A DNA stretch of 34,649 nt from assembly GCA_964609495.1 (NCBI GenBank), contig CAZSTA010000013.1, forward strand, positions 1 to 34,649, in the 5' to 3' direction. This DNA comes from an uncultured bacterium (lineage in GTDB: Bacteria > CAZSTA01). Position numbers and translations under genes: made by a program. Numbering within the stretch: position 1 is the stretch's first letter; each line of letters starts with the position of its first letter. Below, one piece after another: positions 18,027 to 27,313 of the stretch. The notes beneath the pieces are model-generated. The model saw nothing but the letters and a program-made list of their open reading frames with translations, was not told where the DNA came from and ran no database searches.

Positions 18027-18098
18027 CCTAAATGCTTCTTTAAGGGAGAGTGCAGTAGGGAGACTTTTGGAAAATACGTCTAATGCCCCCTCCATTGC

Positions 18099-19376
18099 TT
18101 ACATCTCCTCTATGACCTCCAACCCAAGAATATTAGCCAGCCATTTCACTGGCTGCACCAAATCCCCATAGAAGATCACCCGATGTAATCCACCAGAGTA
18201 GTTCTCCAATAGCTTCCGAGCATCCTTAACCTTCGTTATCGCCTTCGTCCGACAACCCCGATCTGTATCCAAATTTCCGATGATCTCCCCGGTGGAGATC
18301 AACATTTGCTCTAATCCGTCCAGCTTAGCTACCGTCACCTTCTGACCGATCCTCATCCTTACCTGAAGCGATACCCCTTGTTTATCCTCCGCGTGGCTGC
18401 GAATATAGTAGGGCTCTGGTTCAGCGTCTATACCACCCATCTTCGTGGCTGCTACGCAGTGACAGTGAATCACCGTGTTAGTGGAAGTATCGATCACTGG
18501 ATCGGAGACATATCCGGGGACATCTCCCAGATAGCCCACGACCAATTGAGTCAGGGTGGAGGCTAGATCTGCTTCACAGACTCCTGTTAGTCCTTCGTCA
18601 TTTAACTGCGAAAATGCCAGACAGGGATAGGCAGGTAGCAAACCTCTATATACCATCCCCAAGCAATCTATAGTAGCTGCCTGAGCTCCCTCACGCTCCA
18701 TTAGTGCTTTGAGCCCCAGATACATCCGGGCTGACTTTATTATATCCTCGCGGGATGGTTCCACTACCTTCTCCGCACCCTCTATCCACCGATCTGCTAT
18801 TTCCTCGGCTTGTTTCTCTTCTACTGCCTGATAGGCTTCCATTAGATCATTATGATTCATCCTCTGGATCGTCACCCCTAGCTTAGCCTTTGCTCGATCA
18901 ATATACTCCTCGTTCACGCCGCCTGTATCCCTGAAGTACAGGATCTTGGTCTCTCGCAGGCGCCGAACCGTATCTATGACCTTTAGAGCTTGACCTATCT
19001 CATCGAAGTCCGAGGTGGACAATCCGATTCCTCGCTTTGGAACAGGCATCACGAAGCCTCCAAATAGATCGATAAAAGAAATCACCGGGATATCCTCCTG
19101 CGATACTAACTTGTAATATCCAAAGGCTGGGATCGATAAGGCGATGACTAGGAGCGCATCCTCGCTCCCTAGAGCCATTTGCACTTTCTCTATATCCTCT
19201 GGCTTCGCGATAAGATGATCTCCCACGAACTCCACCTCGAAACCTAAACGGCTTTGTAGTCGCTCAAGTATTCCTCTGATCTCAGCTACTCTCTTCTCAG
19301 ATTCAAAATCGTAATAAGGCCATCCCTGGAGCCCCTTTGGCTTTGCTGAATATACTACTCGAATTCTTGTAACCAT
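18099..19376 (-). CDS. L-fucose/L-arabinose isomerase-like protein
   Basis: PCLAFSQLND, CEADL, HCHC, CRT and LHRVIFYGD motifs typical of the FucI C-terminal fold; SD AGGAGG. Confidence 0.65.
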   Translation of the reverse strand: MVTRIRVVYSAKPKGLQGWPYYDFESEKRVAEIRGILERLQSRLGFEVEFVGDHLIAKPEDIEKVQMALGSEDALLVIALSIPAFGYYKLVSQEDIPVISFIDLFGGFVMPVPKRGIGLSTSDFDEIGQALKVIDTVRRLRETKILYFRDTGGVNEEYIDRAKAKLGVTIQRMNHNDLMEAYQAVEEKQAEEIADRWIEGAEKVVEPSREDIIKSARMYLGLKALMEREGAQAATIDCLGMVYRGLLPAYPCLAFSQLNDEGLTGVCEADLASTLTQLVVGYLGDVPGYVSDPVIDTSTNTVIHCHCVAATKMGGIDAEPEPYYIRSHAEDKQGVSLQVRMRIGQKVTVAKLDGLEQMLISTGEIIGNLDTDRGCRTKAITKVKDARKLLENYSGGLHRVIFYGDLVQPVKWLANILGLEVIEEM

Positions 19377-19551
19377 CTCAAGCTTTCCTCCTTTTAATAA
19401 TTATTCAGCTCTTATCAAATAATCTTCAGGGTTCTCATCCCCAGTCTGAAGTCAGAAGGTCTCAAGCTATCTTCTCATTTGTCTTGATTTTACAGAAAAA
19501 AGGACGAAAATCATCCACTTTTGGAATCTACTGAAGCTTATTCGCAAGTAA

Positions 19552-19580
19552 AGTATAACATCCTGCAAATAATATGTCAA
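19552..19580 (-). promoter_or_regulatory. Putative sigma70 promoter for the isomerase-like gene
   Basis: Minus strand TTGACA-17 nt-TATACT with extended -10 TG. Confidence 0.6.
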
Positions 19581-19649
19581 GCGATTTTGTCAAGAAACCA
19601 TATATAAAAATATCGTGCTGGGATGTCTCACTCTATCCCTCCCTCTTTC

Positions 19650-21008
19650 TTAGAATACAAAAATCATCGCTAGATCATTCACATTAGTATTAGTAGGACC
19701 GGTAATGAGAAGATCTCCCAAAGCCTCAAAGAAGGTATAAGAATCATTATTCTTGAGATAATCGGAGGCTTTGTATCCCAATTCCTCGGCTCTTCGCAGG
19801 GTGCTTCCCTCGGCTAAAGCCCCAGTAGCATCGGTAGGGCCATCAGTCCCATCGGTAGCTGCGCCGATTATTATCACGTCATCTAACCCCGCGATCTCTA
19901 TAGCTGATGCTAAAGCTAATTCCTGATTACGTCCTCCTTTACCTCTACCTCGAATAGTAACTGTTGTTTCTCCTCCAGCTACTATAAATCCCGGCCTCTT
20001 AACTGGCTGATTGGAATTTAGAATCTCCTTAGCGATAGAGGCGAGGACTTTGCCTACCTCACGCGCTTCCCCTTCAATAAAGGTGGATAACAATAGCGAG
20101 TCGAAACCTAACTCCCGCCCTTTATTCAAGGCCGCAAGAGCGGCAACCTCATTGTCTCCCACGATCAGGTTATATACCTCGGCAAATATAGGATCGTCTT
20201 CCTTAGGAGTTTCGGGTATCTCGCCTTCACAACCACTTCTGATATGGGATCGCAGCGAAGCGGGTAATTGCTCCACCAGATCATATTTCTCAAGGATCTG
20301 ATAGGCATCCTCGAAAGTGGTGGTATCAGGAACAGTGGGACCGGAGGCGATAACGTCAAGAGGACTGCCTACCACATCGGACATTATCAAGCTGATCACC
20401 TTCGCTGGATAGGCTAGACGAGCGAGTTGACCTCCTTTGATCTGAGAGATATGTTTGCGTATGGCGTTGATCTCGTTAATCGTAGCTCCACACTTGAGGA
20501 GCAGATCGGTAACCTTCTTCATATCCGCTAAGGATATACCCTCGCTGGGAAGAGGCATAAGTGCCGATCCTCCTCCAGAGATGAGGCAGATAACTAGATC
20601 ATCCTCTCCGGCCTCGTTCAGTAGCTCAACGATCTTCCTCACTCCTTTAACTCCGTTATCATCAGGAATAGGATGACCCGCCTCGTTAAGCTCGATTCTA
20701 TCCGTATCCATCGTATATCCATACTTGACATTTATAACTCCAGCGGTTAAGCGATCGCCCAATATTCCCTCCACCGCTTTAGCCATAGGAGAGGAAGCCT
20801 TTCCTCCCCCTACGACATAGATGTTGCGAAATCTATCAAGATCGTGAGTTCGCTCTCCTATCCTGAGCCTCTGACCTTCAAGCTTCACCTGCTGCTCGAC
20901 TGCGTTCGCTGGATCAACAGCCTCCAGCGCCACCTTTAACACCTCTAAAGCCTTGCTTCGCTTCTCATTTTTATATAGAGATTCATCAAATTCGATCATA
21001 TCGACCAT
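19650..21008 (-). CDS. Glycerate 2-kinase (MOFRL/DUF4147 family)
   Basis: GGGKAS, AGHPIPD, LISGGGSAL, IASGPT, GGETTV, GGRNQE, TDGTDG, TNTNVND. Confidence 0.92.
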   Translation of the reverse strand: MVDMIEFDESLYKNEKRSKALEVLKVALEAVDPANAVEQQVKLEGQRLRIGERTHDLDRFRNIYVVGGGKASSPMAKAVEGILGDRLTAGVINVKYGYTMDTDRIELNEAGHPIPDDNGVKGVRKIVELLNEAGEDDLVICLISGGGSALMPLPSEGISLADMKKVTDLLLKCGATINEINAIRKHISQIKGGQLARLAYPAKVISLIMSDVVGSPLDVIASGPTVPDTTTFEDAYQILEKYDLVEQLPASLRSHIRSGCEGEIPETPKEDDPIFAEVYNLIVGDNEVAALAALNKGRELGFDSLLLSTFIEGEAREVGKVLASIAKEILNSNQPVKRPGFIVAGGETTVTIRGRGKGGRNQELALASAIEIAGLDDVIIIGAATDGTDGPTDATGALAEGSTLRRAEELGYKASDYLKNNDSYTFFEALGDLLITGPTNTNVNDLAMIFVF

Positions 21009-21013
21009 CCTCT

Positions 21014-21892
21014 CTATATCGTAAATTCCCCCTTACCAACATAAGCGCATTTTCCACCTATTTTTATCGTATGCTTATTGTCTTTAATCTCACCTTTCAT
21101 CAGTATTTTTGATGGCCGTCCCATTTCTAGGCCCTGTTCATTTACTATTTCAAAGGATCTTCCGAAGATATTATATTTCAAAAGATACGCGGTTAAAGGT
21201 CCTGCGGCAGATCCCGTAGCTGCATCTTCTATCACACCTAGATGTGAAGCAAAGAACCTTGTATGAACCTTAGCAGTTGGCTTCAAAGTCTCCAAGGTAA
21301 ATAGATAAGGCCCTAATGAACTCTTATTACCAAAAAATCTCTTCAAGTTGTTTACGTTACCATCTGCACGTTGAATTGCAGAAAGACTCTTAATAGGAAT
21401 AATAAGCACATTATTTCCTGTTGAAACTTCTTCAATAGGCAGATTATCTGAAATATCTTCCGCTGATAAATTAATTAAATCTGCAATCTCCTTCTTATCT
21501 TTGTACTGAGCAAAGAATTCTGGTTCATTCTGAGTCATCCAGATAACATCATTCTTTTTTTCGAGAGGAATAACCCCGACCTTTGTTTTTAATTTCAATA
21601 TACCTCTCTTTTGAGGCCATATATTAAATATGTTCATAATTGAATAGGCTGTTCCTAAGGTCGGATGACCAGCAAAAGGCAATTCAAGTTTGACAGAAAA
21701 TATCCTTATTTCAAAATCGGCTTCTGGTTCTCCGCTATTAAAAATAAATGTTGTTTCCGAGTAATTGATTTCGTTTGCCAATTTTTGCATCTGTTCAGCA
21801 GTCAATCCAGCCGCATCTGGGAATACCGCTAATTGGTTACCTGAATAAGGTAAATCTGTAAAAACATCAATAAAAATACATTCTTTTATCAT
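21014..21892 (-). CDS. PhzF-family epimerase/isomerase
   Basis: DVFT, GNQLAV, NYSETTF, ELPFAGHPT, EDAATGSA, EQGLEMGRPS. Confidence 0.92.
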   Translation of the reverse strand: MIKECIFIDVFTDLPYSGNQLAVFPDAAGLTAEQMQKLANEINYSETTFIFNSGEPEADFEIRIFSVKLELPFAGHPTLGTAYSIMNIFNIWPQKRGILKLKTKVGVIPLEKKNDVIWMTQNEPEFFAQYKDKKEIADLINLSAEDISDNLPIEEVSTGNNVLIIPIKSLSAIQRADGNVNNLKRFFGNKSSLGPYLFTLETLKPTAKVHTRFFASHLGVIEDAATGSAAGPLTAYLLKYNIFGRSFEIVNEQGLEMGRPSKILMKGEIKDNKHTIKIGGKCAYVGKGEFTI

Positions 21893-21942
21893 CGTGTCCC
21901 CCTAAAATACGAAACTATATAAAAATCGAGAAAAAGGTATTA

Positions 21943-21978
21943 TGAAATGGGAAGTGAGATATCTCACTTCCCATTTCA
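21943..21978 (-). terminator. Perfect 36-bp palindrome, likely terminator after the glycoside hydrolase
   Basis: TGAAATGGGAAGTGAGAT|ATCTCACTTCCCATTTCA, 4 nt past the stop at 21983; followed on the minus strand by TAATACCTTTTT. Confidence 0.6.
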
Positions 21979-21982
21979 ACTT

Positions 21983-24900
21983 CTAATCAAGATCCATCTC
22001 CAGCTTCTCGTAGGCTACGATCTTTACCTCGCCCAATATTCCCGAAGGCTTAGGCTCTCCTATCAATAGATTCTGGAGAGCGTTAGCGACCTTAATGGTG
22101 ATCGTGTTCTTCCCCTCCTTGACGTATTCGGAGATATCAGCCTTGAAAGGCTCCCAGGGAAGAACTGCTACCTCTTGTCCATTGACGCTTACCGCCGCCA
22201 TATCGCCCACAGATTCGAGTTCTAATACCAGCTTCCTCTTCAAATATTCCTTGGGTATCTCAACCGTTTGCTCGTAAGTTCCGATCCCTGAATAGAAGGG
22301 GTATCCTTGTCCTGCCCAAGATCCAACTTCGATCTCCTGCGGATAGGGTTTCAACACCTTCTTGCCCTGACCGAGGGCGAAATTTCCCACGATAACTACT
22401 GGATAGGTCAAGCTGGGAGTATCATAGAGATGTCCAGAAGTTCTGATAGTGATCTTATTCTCGCCCTTCCGAATCTCTATATCAGCTTCCTCTATATAGT
22501 GATCTAGATACTCGCCCCTCTTGAATTCAGCTTTCTTGTTATTAAAGGTTAAGGTGAAGTCTATAGGAGCGCTTCCCCTCCATACCCTATCGACAGCTAA
22601 ACCATCCAGCAGAAGTTTCGCTTGTTTATCCTCGATCTCGGAGGTGAAAGAGGCTTCGTAGATATGCACTTCAGCGCAGTTATCTCTACCTAGGACTTGG
22701 GCTTCGATCCTATAATTCCACTCTCTTAGAGGAAGGGCATTGGGTTTATCAATACAGAACTTCCACTTCTTGCCCAAAGTTATAGGTTCTAGGATCTCCG
22801 CGACCTTGACCTCTTTTCTCTGAGATTCCTTATCGCCATCTTTGAATTCGATGAAGTGATCGCCCTTCTGAGGGGTAACCGCAAATACCTTCCCCTCGGT
22901 TAAGCATTCGATCTCCAAATCGGTATCGGTTATGTGGAGAGGAGTATCTCCCTTAACTAAAGCGATTATATAAGACTGAGTAGGCTCGAACCTCAAGGAG
23001 GTGGTGAATCTATCCTTCTCCAACTTATAGCGGTAAAGTGGTTTCGTCTCTCCAGTAACAGCCTCCCATAGTTGGGGAACTCCGCCACCCTTCACGTTGA
23101 TATCAGCTTCATATTCCACAGTGCGAGAGCTATTGACAAAGAGATAGAAATCAGCTCCCTCCTTGAGATAGTGCAGATAGATTATATCTCCAATCGGCTT
23201 GCCATCAGTTTCGATGGTGACCTCAGGATCGACTAAATCCCCAAGTGCTTCGCCAAGTTCTTCCTCGAACTTGCCGACAGGCTCAGTATCAGGAATGAGA
23301 CAAGCGCTATCACCTTTATCGAAAATAGCCTTGGCGGCCTCCCTTAATTCCTCATCCTTTCCAGCTTCGGCGAAGGAATCGGTCAACGCGCCGATGGCGA
23401 TCAACTTTCCACCCTCATCATAAAACTCCTTTATCTTCGCAACCGTCCTCTTCGATAGAGTGATGCATCTGGGAAGAACTAAGACCTCGAAAGCCTCCAG
23501 CAATATTCCATCTTTGAAGAAAGCCAATCTTCCATCATCTAGGACGCAGGCTTCCTGTAACTGCTCCTCTCCCACGAAATCGAAATCGAAGTTAGTCCGC
23601 AATAGACCAGTGCAAGTTCTCTCCAAATCCCTGACGATCGCCTCCACCGTTGGATTATTTCCTGGATCGAGATTAGCCCACATACTCTTGGCGGGGGAGA
23701 GCACCGCAACTTGGGCTTTATGCTTTCCTCCAGAGAATAGGCTACATAGTCTGCCAATATAATCAGCTAGGATCTTGTAGTATCTCCAGAAGGGAGATTG
23801 ATAGAACTCTCCCGGAGGACATTCCCACTTCCTCAATCCTTGAATAGAATAGTAGAAAGCGTGAGGCTCCAAGAGATTGACCCCCAAAGCTACCTGCCAA
23901 TCGGACATCCACTTCAGATTTCTGAGGTCTATCCCCCACTGACTCGCTAAACCGAAGCATTCGCTCATCACGCGCGGTTTACCGTAGAGATGAGCCGCGG
24001 AGCTAGCATACTTCGGACCCATCAGATTGTTGAGATGACCTTCTTCCTCGGGCCAACACAACTCACAGAGGAAATCCACTCCTCCGAAGTGAAGATAACG
24101 AGCAGCACGAGTTAGATCTCCTTGATGCCTGATATGTTGGAGGAATTCCCCCTCGAATAGCGGATGACCGATACTGTTAAGCCTGACCTCATCACAATAA
24201 TCGTAAATCTGTTTGTAGAAAGCCTTATGGTAGAGATCAGTTATGGTCTCGTAATAATCGCAACGAATCCTTATCGCCTCGGGCGAATCTATATCCAATA
24301 GAAGAAGCGGTAGGGCAGTTATGAGATCGTATCCAGTGCGCCAGGTGAATTCGGCTGGAAGGCTGGGCGTCCAAGCGATAGCCTCGGGCGGATTATAGTT
24401 CATAGATGGCTCATCGGTGAAGATGCCCATAACTACATTGCCGAAATACTGACCGAAGCGCTTGGCATACTCCTTATGGGTAAGCTCAATGAAACGAGCG
24501 ACCGCATCTTTATTCAAAGTATCGAGAGCCCCTCCGAAGAAGGATCTACCAATAAGGAAGCGACGAGTGAATACCAACACCTTCCAATCATTACCAGCAG
24601 CCGCATCCCAATCAACTTTGTTCCCCCAGGTATAAGGAGCTAGATCGAGGTAACATTCGGGGAATCCACGGATCGCCCCATCCTCAGCGACTGGGACTGC
24701 TACCACCCCGATCAGTCCATCTTGAGGATCGAAGGAGATCGCACAATGATCTCCGCCTTTGACCTCATAGGTTTCGGAGAGATAAGCTCCTGACATCCGA
24801 CGCTCAGGACAATCCTCGATTACCTTCGCATTCGCAGTGCCACTGGGCCAATTGTTCTCATCGTATAAATAAGCCTTCATCCCCAGACGCTCTGCCTCCT

Positions 24901-25123
24901 TGATAGTGCATTCTATCCTCTCGAACCACTCCCCAGATAGATAGGGAGTTAATAAGCCATGTCTGGCGTGGAGGATGAAGCCTCCTACACCATTCCTATT
25001 CATCTCCTGAATCTGCCATCTCAATTCTTCATCTTCTAATCTGTGATTCAAGAACCAAAAGGGCGCAAATCTAAATTCATTCCCCGGATCGGAGAACTCA
25101 AATTTTACTCTATCTAAAGTCAT
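21983..25123 (-). CDS. Large glycoside hydrolase, GH106 (alpha-L-rhamnosidase)-like
   Basis: PFWFLN, LYDENNWPSG, FTDEP, SSAAH, SECFG; C-terminal beta-sandwich (GYPFYSG, VNG...PW.PF, NTITIKVAN, SGILG); no signal peptide. Confidence 0.75.
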   Translation of the reverse strand: MTLDRVKFEFSDPGNEFRFAPFWFLNHRLEDEELRWQIQEMNRNGVGGFILHARHGLLTPYLSGEWFERIECTIKEAERLGMKAYLYDENNWPSGTANAKVIEDCPERRMSGAYLSETYEVKGGDHCAISFDPQDGLIGVVAVPVAEDGAIRGFPECYLDLAPYTWGNKVDWDAAAGNDWKVLVFTRRFLIGRSFFGGALDTLNKDAVARFIELTHKEYAKRFGQYFGNVVMGIFTDEPSMNYNPPEAIAWTPSLPAEFTWRTGYDLITALPLLLLDIDSPEAIRIRCDYYETITDLYHKAFYKQIYDYCDEVRLNSIGHPLFEGEFLQHIRHQGDLTRAARYLHFGGVDFLCELCWPEEEGHLNNLMGPKYASSAAHLYGKPRVMSECFGLASQWGIDLRNLKWMSDWQVALGVNLLEPHAFYYSIQGLRKWECPPGEFYQSPFWRYYKILADYIGRLCSLFSGGKHKAQVAVLSPAKSMWANLDPGNNPTVEAIVRDLERTCTGLLRTNFDFDFVGEEQLQEACVLDDGRLAFFKDGILLEAFEVLVLPRCITLSKRTVAKIKEFYDEGGKLIAIGALTDSFAEAGKDEELREAAKAIFDKGDSACLIPDTEPVGKFEEELGEALGDLVDPEVTIETDGKPIGDIIYLHYLKEGADFYLFVNSSRTVEYEADINVKGGGVPQLWEAVTGETKPLYRYKLEKDRFTTSLRFEPTQSYIIALVKGDTPLHITDTDLEIECLTEGKVFAVTPQKGDHFIEFKDGDKESQRKEVKVAEILEPITLGKKWKFCIDKPNALPLREWNYRIEAQVLGRDNCAEVHIYEASFTSEIEDKQAKLLLDGLAVDRVWRGSAPIDFTLTFNNKKAEFKRGEYLDHYIEEADIEIRKGENKITIRTSGHLYDTPSLTYPVVIVGNFALGQGKKVLKPYPQEIEVGSWAGQGYPFYSGIGTYEQTVEIPKEYLKRKLVLELESVGDMAAVSVNGQEVAVLPWEPFKADISEYVKEGKNTITIKVANALQNLLIGEPKPSGILGEVKIVAYEKLEMDLD

Positions 25124-25164
25124 CTTAACCTCCTTTTAAATGTATTCTATCGATAAAGAAAGAT

Positions 25165-26175
25165 TTAGACCTCTACAGGTTTTCCCGTCCTGCCAGATTC
25201 GTAGGCCGCCATAATTATCTCCAGATTCCTCCTAGCCTCTTCACCACTTACCGGCGGAGGGGTATCATTCTTGATCGATTCGAAGTATTCGTGGAAGAGA
25301 AGAGCAAAGCTGTTATCGGTCCCTTGAGCTGGCTCTGGATAGCTCCACTCACCTTTATCATTTTCATATAGAGCGAGAGGTCTCTCATTCCAGCCTGAGA
25401 ATATCGATCCTTTCGTCCCATGAAATTCGCTAACCCTCTGCCCACCAGCCTTCACCGACCAGCCGACTTGGATACTGGAGGTCCCCCCGTTCTCGTGCTC
25501 TAATAACAACAGGGCGGTATCATCGACGTCGATGTTATGATAGTAGGTTTCGATTCGAGCATAAACGCTCTTAATCCTTCCCATAATCTCCCTGATCAGA
25601 TAGAGATTATGATAGCCATTATCTATCAAACATCCCCCTCCAGCCCTCTTCGACTTAGTGCGCCAATCGGGATCGTAATCGGAGACCCCGGGCCAATGGC
25701 TACCTCCGAATCCCTCGCTCCTAGCTAAGAAGGGCTCCCCAATTTTACCTTCCTTTACCAACCTCAGAACCTCAGCGGTATGACGTTGATACTTATAATT
25801 ATGCAATAAACAGAATTTGACGCCGTTCTCCTTGATAGCCCGGAGCATATTATCTGCCTCCTCCAGGCTAGTAGCCATCGGCTTCTCCGAGATGATATCG
25901 ACCTTAGCTTGGGCGCAGTCTATCGTGATGCTCTCGTGTAAGAAGTGTGGTAGAGCCAGATCTACCACATCTAGGCAAACACTGGAGAGCATCTTCTGAT
26001 GATCTCTGAACCTATTTTCAGGTTTAACTCCCAATCTATCGCCGATAATCTTTAATCTCTCCTCCGAGGGGTCAGCGATAGCTACTATCTCCACCTCATC
26101 CTTCAATTGTTCAAAAGCAGGGGCATGTCCTGCCTCTACGATATGTCCACAACCGATTATAGCCACCTTCAACAT
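25165..26175 (-). CDS. Gfo/Idh/MocA family oxidoreductase
   Basis: IIGCGHI, EKPMA, GGGCLIDNGYH. Confidence 0.92.
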   Translation of the reverse strand: MLKVAIIGCGHIVEAGHAPAFEQLKDEVEIVAIADPSEERLKIIGDRLGVKPENRFRDHQKMLSSVCLDVVDLALPHFLHESITIDCAQAKVDIISEKPMATSLEEADNMLRAIKENGVKFCLLHNYKYQRHTAEVLRLVKEGKIGEPFLARSEGFGGSHWPGVSDYDPDWRTKSKRAGGGCLIDNGYHNLYLIREIMGRIKSVYARIETYYHNIDVDDTALLLLEHENGGTSSIQVGWSVKAGGQRVSEFHGTKGSIFSGWNERPLALYENDKGEWSYPEPAQGTDNSFALLFHEYFESIKNDTPPPVSGEEARRNLEIIMAAYESGRTGKPVEV

Positions 26176-26192
26176 CGCGGATAATTCCTCCT

Positions 26193-26966
26193 TTATACCT
26201 CCAGATTAAGCACCTCTTCCAGATATTTCTTACTTATCTGGGCGCTCTCCTTAGGAGTTCTAGTTGTCGAATCCAATTCTACTACCAACCAACCCTTATA
26301 TCCCGCATCAGTTAGGAGCTTCAATATCGGAGGGAAGTCGATCTCCCCCTCTCCCAGTTCCATAAAATTCCCCTCTTTGATGTCCTTAAAGTGAACGTAG
26401 GCTATCCTATCAAGATAGGTTTGAAAGACCTCAAAAGGATCCGCCCCACCCTTCTTAAGATGCGCAGTATCAGGGCATAAGAATACCACTTCAGGATCGG
26501 TCATATCAAGGAATTTCGTTAGTTGCTCTCTGTTCTCCACCATCGTTCCCCAATGAGGGTGATAGCAAGCTTTAATACCGATCTCCATCGCTCTCTCGCC
26601 TATGATATTTATAGCTTCGGTGAAGAGCTTATAATCCTTCTCGGTGTTTCCCTCCTCCTTCTTCCTTCCTCCTCCTAAGATTATCCGATCGCTCCCCATC
26701 TCCTTGATGAACTCGGCAGTCTTGACGATATTCTCTATCTCCTCATCTCGCTTGTCAAGATCGATGAAGCTTCCTCCACAATAGACAGAGGCAAGTTCCA
26801 CTCCTTTACCCTTCAGATACTTCTTGAATTCATCGACCTTATCGAAATGCTCAGTCAAACCGAAGGTCTCAAAGGCTTTGTAGCCAACTTCTGCGAGCTC
26901 GGTCAAAGCCTTATCGAAATCCCTTCCCCAAGTTATGGTATGATACCCTACTTTAATGTCGCCCAT
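26193..26966 (-). CDS. Sugar-phosphate isomerase/epimerase, IolE-like TIM barrel
   Basis: ITWG, YHPH, DTAH, HFKD, ELGEG, VVELD; SD AAGGAGG. Confidence 0.85.
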   Translation of the reverse strand: MGDIKVGYHTITWGRDFDKALTELAEVGYKAFETFGLTEHFDKVDEFKKYLKGKGVELASVYCGGSFIDLDKRDEEIENIVKTAEFIKEMGSDRIILGGGRKKEEGNTEKDYKLFTEAINIIGERAMEIGIKACYHPHWGTMVENREQLTKFLDMTDPEVVFLCPDTAHLKKGGADPFEVFQTYLDRIAYVHFKDIKEGNFMELGEGEIDFPPILKLLTDAGYKGWLVVELDSTTRTPKESAQISKKYLEEVLNLEV

Positions 26967-27066
26967 AATTCCTCCTTATATTTTGATCAATTGATAGCTA
27001 AACAGCCTCGATCTAACGAATATCAACCATCCTCAATTCTAATTATTTTGATTTTGCGAAAAACAC

Positions 27067-27096
27067 TTGACAATGATCTGATTTATCTGTTAGAAT
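27067..27096 (+). promoter_or_regulatory. Putative sigma70 promoter toward the DUF3048 gene
   Basis: TTGACA (27067-27072)-18 nt-TAGAAT with TG before the -10. Confidence 0.45.
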
Positions 27097-27164
27097 TAAT
27101 AGATATCAGCTATCACCATCCTCCCTCACGTAGATAAGAACTTGTTAAAGATTACGCGCTTTAC

Positions 27165-27193
27165 ATTATACAATAGCAACTGTTAAAAGTCAA
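27165..27193 (-). promoter_or_regulatory. Putative sigma70 promoter for the sugar catabolic operon
   Basis: Minus strand TTGACT-17 nt-TATAAT. Confidence 0.6.
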
Positions 27194-27313
27194 GAAAGTT
27201 CGCTTAGAAATATAGTAACGATCTTTTATAAAACTCGGTTTAAAAAATCGAACTATTTCTGAAAAATTGCGTTTAAGTTGATAGTAGTTATCCTCTATAA
27301 TTTGAGTGTAAAG

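Noticed and set aside
19381-19545. Long 5' leader as a possible riboswitch
   Set aside because: No recognisable aptamer or terminator/antiterminator by eye; an Rfam cmscan would be needed.
27096-27119. Minus-strand mini-ORF MVIADIY with GAGGGAGG upstream as a leader peptide
   Set aside because: The SD abuts the ATG with no spacer, and there is no attenuator hairpin or control-codon run.
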